This document shows positions 55,099 to 64,000 of a stretch of DNA of 64,000 nucleotides, one piece after another; the stretch's first letter is position 1; each line of letters begins with the position of its first letter. Made by a program: the position numbers and the translations under genes. Origin of the DNA: Octopus vulgaris (Eukaryota); contig OX597821.1 of the NCBI GenBank assembly GCA_951406725.2, positions 56,110,001-56,174,000 of the forward strand, in the 5' to 3' direction. The notes under the pieces were generated by a model that was given only the letters and a program-made list of their open reading frames with translations, was not told the DNA's origin and made no database searches.

Positions 55099-58000
55099 AG
55101 TCTGTCCAATTATATAGGTGTGTACATAAGTGTATGCGTAGGTGTTTGTAAAACATATCTGTCTTGTAAAAGTATATACACACGTGTACACCCACACAAA
55201 GTTTATTTAAGTTCGAATATCAATGTCTATGTCTGTGTGTGTAGAAACTTGCTATCTCGACTAAATATGGTAGGGGAAATATTTTTCTAAATGTGTCTGC
55301 ATGTTATCTTATTTTGAAATAACTACTAAAATTAAATAAGCCCATATACCTATCGATAAACGGACTTCACTGAAAAATTAAAAGGATTTATAAAGTGAAT
55401 AAAACAGGACGAAGAATAAATTACATTTGCACTCATTTGTTAATATACAGTAAACATTTTTCTATTAAATATCTTCAATATTTCAAAACATTTTTCTGTT
55501 TCTCGGAAAAAAAAAAAAATCTTTCATTCATCACTTTCTTTTCATTTATTTCCAGATCATTCACACTGCATACCGCTTCATTTTCTCTTTAATTCTTCTC
55601 TCCATGTTTATTACAAAATAGTTGTCATGATGAGGCCGCTAATATCATTGTGCGAAACGATGATATATCACGATTAAGTATTAGGAGTGTGATATTTTGG
55701 ATTTTCTGATATAAAGGCAGTGTATAGAATTACATTATCGATTAGCTTCTGACAGGATATCAAAATAAAGTTTCTCCTAAACTAAAAGTGCAATACATCA
55801 CGCCTACTGTATATTTCTAGATCGATGGTCACATTTAAGACTGGGAGATGTTTGTCTTTTGAAAGAATAGGGAAAAAAGCGAGTTGTCACGGCGTTTAAA
55901 TATTTTTTTCTTTTACTTATACTCCGTAGCCTGTTGTTAACAGAACAGGGAAATGAAATTTATAATGGACATATAAACATAGTAAATAAAATTAAGTTGC
56001 TTGAAATGGATCACATCGCACGCCCTAAATATCTTCTTAATATTCTAACAGAAATTTATGAAAAGATTAAATGCTCTTTATGAGACGATTTCTCATTGTG
56101 CACAACCAGAACAAACGAATTCATGATACTGGATTTCTTATCAAAACATGTTTCCTTTCTTGATACTGTTTTGTCGTCACAGTCATGTAATTTAACTCTC
56201 TCAGCTACAGATCAAATAAGTTGTATGTATAAGTACAACATACCGAGTTACCGATAACAAATATGAAATCATATCGGAGTATTCAAAGAAAAAATTCTAC
56301 TCTTTACATAATGATAGCATTTGGCAGAACGTAAGTATAGAGAATTGATATTTTAGTTTGAAATATTTAAAACTATGACATTATATATAACTTCAAAAGA
56401 CTAGGAGAAATAGGTGAGAATTTCACCTAACTATCTTACTATTATTTTATCAACCCCATTACTAAGAAAATAACGCGAGCCGCTCCATAATTTGAACTCT
56501 GGATATAACTCAAGACTACTTCTAATAGTAACTGAATGTCACGTATTGGAGAGTAGGTCATAATAATGATTTCTTTTACAAAAACAGAGCCACTTTTTTT
56601 GGTGAGAGAACAATCAATATTTCGAAAGCAGTTCTTTACTGATATTTTATCTATCGACTGCGAAAGAAAGAAATGTAAAGACAACTTTGGAGGTATTTGA
56701 ACTCACAACGTAAAGACTCGTAGTAAAATATCTCAAACAATTGTATCAGCTGCTCTATTGCTTCCCATACATATCTAGGGATAATAAAAACACTAATCAT
56801 TTTCAAAAACTATTTACGTCTAAATATTGATACCATTTATAAACTAAATAGAGTTCTTGCCCCATGTGCAAGTTGCTTGACCTCAATATTATCGATTAAC
56901 AGTTGCGAGTAACTTGAAGTAAACATTTCTACCAAATGTATTAAACTTTACATCAACCGCTGGCATTGTTTCCCTCTTTGTATGCTGTAAGTTAGAGGGA
57001 GTAAAATTTGAAGGAAAGAGATTTGAAGGAAACAAACCAATCAATGAATGTAAAAATATTAGCATATTGAAGTAGGATTTTTCAGTAGTAAATATACTGG
57101 AAATAGCGCTAGCTATGATACAATATACTACATTATATTTATACACTTTTACAAAATTTCACTGTGTACACACATTATAATCCACTAAATAACAGTCCAT
57201 AGCTTTAGACTACTCGAGTAAAAACTAGGAAGTGTATGTGAACTTTCTCAAACAGTCGATTAAGTAACTAAGTCAATTATGCAAGAATATGACCGAAAAA
57301 TAGAACATTGAACGATAGAATATTTCTTACCGACCACACAAATGTCTAAATAGTGAACACGTAATCCTCAAAATTAAAGTTTCACAGCTCAGCAACTGAG
57401 CCAACGAAATAATGTCTAAGCAGTCGCTCGACTTGCTAAAATTAATAACAAAATTACTCTTACAGTACATTCCACCATATTTAAGGAGAGGGTATTAGAT
57501 GAAATTTTGACGGTTTTAATACCTTCGAGCATTGATTTTTTTTCTAAAATGAGTTGATCTGGGGTTAAACAACAACAACAACAACAGCAATAACCAGTTA
57601 TCTATGTTTCATAGAGTTGATTGAACATCATTAACGAGGACGACAGCAACAACATCACATGACTGGTTTAACCTACTCTGAACATCTATATTATTGCAAA
57701 GCATAGCATTATACAAAAATAAACATTTCGTTCGATAATACCTAAATGTGGAGACCGTTCAATATTTTAACAGTGAATATTTCATTAAAAAAAACTGTTT
57801 TCAGCATTATCGGAATCAACAACAACCATCACAATAACAACAACCACACAATAACAACAACAACAATACTAATAATCTCTTCGATGAAATTTTCGCTCGA
57901 ACATTTCTATAATGTAAGTTCAGAACACGTAAACCATATTAAAATAGAGAAGTAAAACTTACAATTTATCTTACTTCAGCCCAAGATATGTAAAACAAAA

Positions 58001-59127
58001 AAAGTCTTGAGAATTATTGTTTCGAAGTTAGCGAGTCTGGCTTACAACTCACAATATCTGTACAAAATAAGAAAACAATCCGTTCTCTTCCCTTCTCTCT
58101 CTCTCCCTCCCTCTCATACACACACACTCTTTCTTTCTTGCTTTCTCTTTGTATATATACATACATGCATACATACATACGTACATACACACATAAAGCA
58201 GTTTTCACTTGCAAGATGCAGATATGGTTATTTTTAATAGAAATTTAAGCAAAATTTTCCAAGACAGTTTGAAATTAGAGGTCATATTCAATTTATATTT
58301 GGTTCTGTAAATATGAACGTGTGAGGATGAATGACAACACTGTTACATTTTAAAATAGATGATTTTTGCTGATTTGATTGTATCATGATTTTTTTTGCAG
58401 GGAATGTATAGTTTTCCCAACATATAAAAACAACAAAAAGAGATTACTCTTTTGTCAGAAATATCTATCACACACAGTATGTGTGATATTGGAAAAAAAA
58501 GGAAAAACTTCCAACATATTTTTACAGCAGTTACAAATCCACTAAGGTGGGAAACCTTATTGGCGCCAATGTCGCGACCCGATGCCTACAGTTGTTTTGT
58601 TCTATCAAATGCCATTTTTTATTTTGGTGTTTGTATCTTTAAAAATATTTTTCATTTTCGTTAGTCTTATCTTTTACTTCAGACTAAGTTTTCAAAATAA
58701 AATTAAACAACAACGAATTAATTCTGTATCTTCTGTCTCTCCACTTCGAGATAAAACGATTTAGCTTACCCAGTCATTTTTCTCAAGATACATTATGCAA
58801 GTCACATATGCGACCCTGAATCTATCGATTGTGACATTTTCCCATTGATCTGTTTATATACCAGTCATGATTTATTTAAACAGTGGTACAAGTTACTTGT
58901 TTCCTGCGCTAATAAATCATAAAAAAACATTCGCCTCTAGAAAAAAAAGGAAAAATAAAACAAAAGAAAAAGAAATATACATAGAAGGATATTTCAACAG
59001 TCATGTTTGAACTGTAAACAAAATTGAAATGGAGAGAAAAGGAAATTAAAGCAATGTTCTTCAGTTTAAGTTTGAGTTATATGAAAGGTGTGAGGCAAGC
59101 CGAATCGGTTTCCTCCTCCATTGATTG

Positions 59128-59343
59128 TCAAACTGGCGTGCTGGCCTGTCCTTTCTTATTTGAAGATGTTAATAGAACTTTGCAAGCCTCTTTCGGTTTG
59201 ATCTTGTAGTGAACTGATGATGACTTGTTTACCGTCGATGCTCGTGATACCTCAGAGTTGATTGTCGGGCAGCTGTTCTTGCGAGTATCTGGACGAGTTT
59301 CAGGAAGACAGGTCAAACCAGTTCTTCGAAGATAATGCAGAAC
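59128..59343 (-). CDS. Probable terminal coding exon of a host gene, likely a class B (secretin-family) GPCR cytoplasmic tail
   Basis: Acceptor gtattttggcag|GTT; open frame VLHYLRRTGLTCLPETRPDTRKNSCPTINSEVSRASTVNKSSSVHYKIKPKEACKVLLTSSNKKGQASTPV*; higher GC than flanks; Ser/Thr-rich; repeat-poor downstream DNA. Class B GPCRs typically have a phase-0 intron at NGE|V. Confidence 0.55.
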   Translation of the reverse strand, partial: VLHYLRRTGLTCLPETRPDTRKNSCPTINSEVSRASTVNKSSSVHYKIKPKEACKVLLTSSNKKGQASTPV

Positions 59344-59809
59344 CTGCCAAAATACAATATCATAATTTACGTAGAATATTTATTATCTGATTAAGTGGCA
59401 AACAAATGCAGTGTATTGCAATACGTACGAAGAGAAATGTTACAATGCTCAAAACACCGACCAATAGCCTATGCAGGAAGATGTATTTCCAGCGAAAGGA
59501 AACTATAATCCATTTTTGATTTGTGATTAAAACACCTTATTTTTGTGACGTTTACTACACATTTATGTAAGTATCTAATGAACTGCGCATCTCCTTTTGA
59601 ACAATTTACCTTACACAAGTCAGATTTGTTGCTTGTAATACATATGAATTATTTTCAATGATAGGAAAGAGTATATTTGAAAGAGCGAAGCAAAATTTCA
59701 TCCACTTGTTTAGCATAAATTGATTTTAAAATCTAACCGTGTTTACAGACGATATATATGTACACACACATACGCACACTCACATATTTATATATATATA
59801 TATATATAT

Positions 59810-60113
59810 CTCACGTGATCACGTGACCGACCAGACCATCAGATGTTGTTACACATCGCTGGTCACAATGCGTTTGCATTCTTTAAGCCTTCGAATGACG
59901 CCACCCCGCTGGCTAAGCGAGCAGGCCAATAGAAGAAAGAGTGGGAGAAAGAGTGGTGAAAGAGTACAGCAGGGATCACCACCCCCTGGCGGAGCCTCGT
60001 GGAGATTTTAGGTGTTTTCGCTCAATAAACAAACACAATGCCCGGTCTGGGAATCGAAACCGCGATCCTGCGACCGCGAGTCCGCTGCCCTAACCACTAG
60101 GCCATTGCGCCTC
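59810..60113 (-). mobile_element. tRNA-derived SINE (same head as 18007-18395, different tail)
   Basis: 59940-60113 matches about 18215-18395. Confidence 0.85.
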
Positions 60114-60180
<67 letters not shown>

Positions 60181-60789
60181 ATATATATACACATATATAT
60201 ACGTATGTATAAATATAATATATATGTATACATAAATGTTCAAGATTCAAGTGAATCAGGACCTTAAATAGTAGAGCTCAACTCTCTTACCGAAGTTCGC
60301 CACATTAATGAAATGGTACATACTTGGACCCTTAGAATGTTTTTTTTGTTTTTAGATGTTTAATTCAAGCATACATTGAACAGATGAAAACGATTTTCTT
60401 TTCGTACGATGTAATAATTCTATTCACCAATAGAAACCCATCTGAAACAGCTGTAATCAGTAAACCATTATCTTTTTGTTGTTGCCTGTCTGTATATACA
60501 GGCGTGTGTGTATGTGTATAAAGAACTTTTCTAGCTTATATGCTGAAATTAGACGCTAAATCGTCTCACGTTTTTTTATATGCTGGTCACTGATAAGATT
60601 TTTTAAAATTTCTATTCACTTCGGGAAAGCATAGCCGCTTATGTGATACTGCGTCCTAATTCCCATGTTGGTGAGGCAAGCTGCGAAATTTATTGTCGGA
60701 GGTGTTTGGTGTATTTATATGTATTTGTGGTTTTGAGTTTTGCTTTCCTGAGTGTATGTATAAATATCTCATTTATTTCATATATGTGT

Positions 60790-60846
60790 GCTCTGCTGAA
60801 GAACGAAAAGCCATTGGGCAAATCTAGAAATTAGCTAATCCAGGGC
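60790..60846 (+). ncRNA. Minimal hammerhead motif with palindromic stem III
   Basis: gctctg-CTGAAGA-(acgaaaagccattgggcaaatcta)-GAAA-TTAGCTAA-TC-cagggc; stem II partly eroded. Confidence 0.65.
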
Positions 60847-61162
60847 TATCTATATCGTTATTAATCTCCTTTACCTTTGATAACAGCACGTGTGGAACTT
60901 TGTGACTTTGTTAGTAGTGAGATGATTTAGCGTCTAATTCAGTATATAGGCTAGAAAATTTCTTTCTATGTCCTTAATTATATTTATATATTATATTTCA
61001 CCTTAATCGGTCTTTTTTAATATGCTGATACATTTTTAAAAAATGTATCCTTGGTTACTGAATACACACACAGACACACACACACACAAACACACAAACA
61101 TACACATACATACAAACACACATATACACACACACATATATATATACATATTTATATATATA

Positions 61163-61326
61163 TACGACGGGATTCTTTTAGTCTCCGTCTATCAAATCCA
61201 CTCTCAAGACTTTGGTCGGCTCGAGTCTATAGTAGACGATACTTGCCCAAGGTTCCACGCAGTGCGACTGGACCCAGAACCTTTTTGTGTGTAATCAAGC
61301 TACTTACCACACAACCACTCCTGCAC

Positions 61327-61328
<2 letters not shown>
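61163..61328 (-). mobile_element. Major SINE family 5' half
   Basis: Homologous to 29863-30027. Confidence 0.75.
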
Positions 61329-61359
<31 letters not shown>

Positions 61360-61981
61360 CATACATACATACATACATACATACATACATACATAAATAC
61401 ATACATACATACATACATACATACATGCATGCATACATACATACATACATACATACATACATACATACATACATACATACATACATACATACATACATAC
61501 ATACATACATACATACATACATACATACATAAATAAATACATACATACATACATGCATATGTAAAGGCATGATGGAATTAAAGAGCAAAACTAAGTTATC
61601 TCAATTAATGAAACCGTACAGGTAGAAACTGAACTACGAGTTGATAGGTCATCAGTTTATAGAAGCTTCACATTGTTTATTATATCTTTTGATCAGAGCA
61701 TTAATCTTGCATCAGTTCACAAAGCTGTGATGGCTACGTAACGAACCTTCAACAAATATTACCTACAATGCATTAGTATTCATTTAGAGGGAAATTCATC
61801 TATTATTCCCTGTGATTTATTACATCAGAAGATTGGTTTCGCATGCGTAGAATTTTTGGAGACAGCTATTATTTTATTTTAGAACGTGACAGTGTTACAA
61901 GAGTGAAAATGACAATGTAATAGGAGCAAGTTCAAAAAGCAGTTTAACAGAAACGTATTTAGTTTTTATCAACAGGAGACT

Positions 61982-62030
<49 letters not shown>

Positions 62031-62044
62031 TATGTACATATATA

Positions 62045-62126
<82 letters not shown>

Positions 62127-62131
62127 GTATT

Positions 62132-62167
<36 letters not shown>

Positions 62168-62449
62168 TGTATGTGTGTGCGCGTGTGCGCGTAGTGCGCG
62201 TGTGTGCTTATATGTGTATGTCTATGAGTGTGCTTCTGTGTATATGTGCATATATATATATATTAGAGTTACAGAATACTTCTTGCTAGAAATAGGAATC
62301 ATCACTCTAAATCCACAAATTTCTCATTGTTTTATTCATCTATTTTTCAAAATAGTCATTTCATTTTGTTCATGTGAATGCCCCAGTGACATTCAAAAAC
62401 GAACATAAGGTGAGTCAGTACAATATACAATTTAATAAAGGATTATTAC

Positions 62450-62518
<69 letters not shown>

Positions 62519-62559
62519 CATAACGTGGCCTGCAAGCTAGCCTATATAGGTAAAAATAT

Positions 62560-63185
62560 ACGAATAAATAAAGTAGCCTACCGGAATAACACTTGCTGCA
62601 AAATAGGAGTCAACACTGCAAATCCACAAATTTCTCACTTTTAAGAAGTACACACAGTGAATGTGACGAATATAATAAATATAGTCTTTACCTTCTATAA
62701 ACTACAAAGCAAGAAAGATATCTTGGTATCAACTGATCTCACCTCCGTACTTTAGTACTTAATGATTCTGGTACCCTACTTTATTTATTTGTATATTTTA
62801 CCTATTTATGTTCACTTGCTCGTCACTTTATTATTATTTTTAATAATGATATTAACACTTTATTAAATTTTATATTGTACTAACTCAATTCATGTTCGTT
62901 TTTGAACGTCGCGAGGGCATTCAGATGAAGAAACGCGCACAGTGTAATGAAATGAATATTTTGAAAAATAGCTTAGCTGATGATCCTTAAGTACTAACGT
63001 ACAAAAAGTGAAATCAATTAACCAAGATATCTGTTCTTGCTTTGTGGTTTATACAAGGTAAGGCCTATATTTATTATATTCGTCACATTCACCGTGCGTG
63101 TTTCTTAACAGTGAGAAATTTGTGGATTTGTAGTGTTGACTCCTATTTCTAGCAAGTGGTATCCCGGTACTATATTTTATTTATT
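62560..63185. repeat. Diverged inverted repeat (about 205-bp arms, about 205-bp spacer) with hammerhead remnants at the inner ends
   Basis: taccggaataacacttgct...gatatcttggt versus accaagatatc...agcaagtggtatcccggta; a further partial copy at 62282-62330. Confidence 0.85.
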
Positions 63186-64000
63186 TGTTTATTCTACATA
63201 TACAGGTTAATGCGGTGAGGCTCGGCTTTCCACAGCTCAGCCCATGTCGCTTTCCTCTCAACCGCATTCTCCCATCTTGTCCATACTCCCCGTTGCTTCG
63301 TTTCCACTGCCTTGCATGTTCTCACCAGAATCGTGATAATTTTCAACTACTGACAGCAAACATATATATTTGCACATATGTATACATATATAAAGGCACT
63401 TATAAGTGAAAAAAAATGTGGGACAGAAACATGTACAAACAAGCATATTTAAAGCATACATGCATTCGTTTTCCAATTTTGACCATCAAAGAAGAAATTA
63501 CTGGAATCTTATTTAATGAATGTTATTGTTTGTGATAATTCCGGGAAGCTGTAATATATTCTCATTGAACTAAGCCAGAATCAAATTTTTGATGAAGTGC
63601 CATGACTCAACCTAAATTGTAATTAGTTGTGAGTTGAATGTTGGGCTAGTTTGTCCGTAATTCCACTAGGATCCTTACAACACATGGCAGCTATATCGTG
63701 GAACAGGTTCAACTTCTAATAGAAGTTGAACCTGTTAAAAGGTACATTGCATCTTTGCAAATAAAATTAACATTTAGTCGTGTAAGGCATAAACCAATTG
63801 ATTTGAAATTCGTATACCGCTTCTGGCATTGTGATGTATCTTAAAACAGACACATTCGTGATCTTGTCAAATTAATAGCAGCTGTTATTGAAATAAATAC
63901 ATTATCAAAAGAGCCACAGAAGCGACACAATGTAGGCGTATTTTGCTGCATTTAGCAGCAAAATACATGCATAATGGAAATCCAATGGCATGAGTTTTTT

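Noticed and set aside
60289-60328. Candidate penultimate GPCR exon (GPSMYHFINVANF)
   Set aside because: It is 40 nt, the wrong phase for the phase-0 terminal exon, and lacks the YCF motif.

Overview
Eukaryotic, very AT-rich, repeat-dominated DNA. The SINE families and microsatellite load look like an octopus (cephalopod) genome, which is an inference from recognised repeat families. Nearly all ORF-track entries are microsatellite translations. Real content: a near full-length frameshifted CR1-clade LINE (-), three RTE-type LINE remnants, at least four Penelope-like element (PLE) remnants, a Gypsy gag fragment, a Tc1 transposase fragment, Helitron-like ends, many tRNA-derived SINEs, a 1.56-kb tandem duplication, and one probable host exon (last coding exon of a class-B-GPCR-like gene, 59128-59343, -). 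The most striking unannotated signal is a set of type-I hammerhead ribozyme (HHR) motifs, mostly with palindromic stem III and mostly in small non-coding elements beside (TA)n tracts. These include a partial-tandem retrozyme-like unit with a 477-nt monomer (38558-39178) and several fold-back elements carrying HHRs, one with a compensatory U3-A8 core pair.
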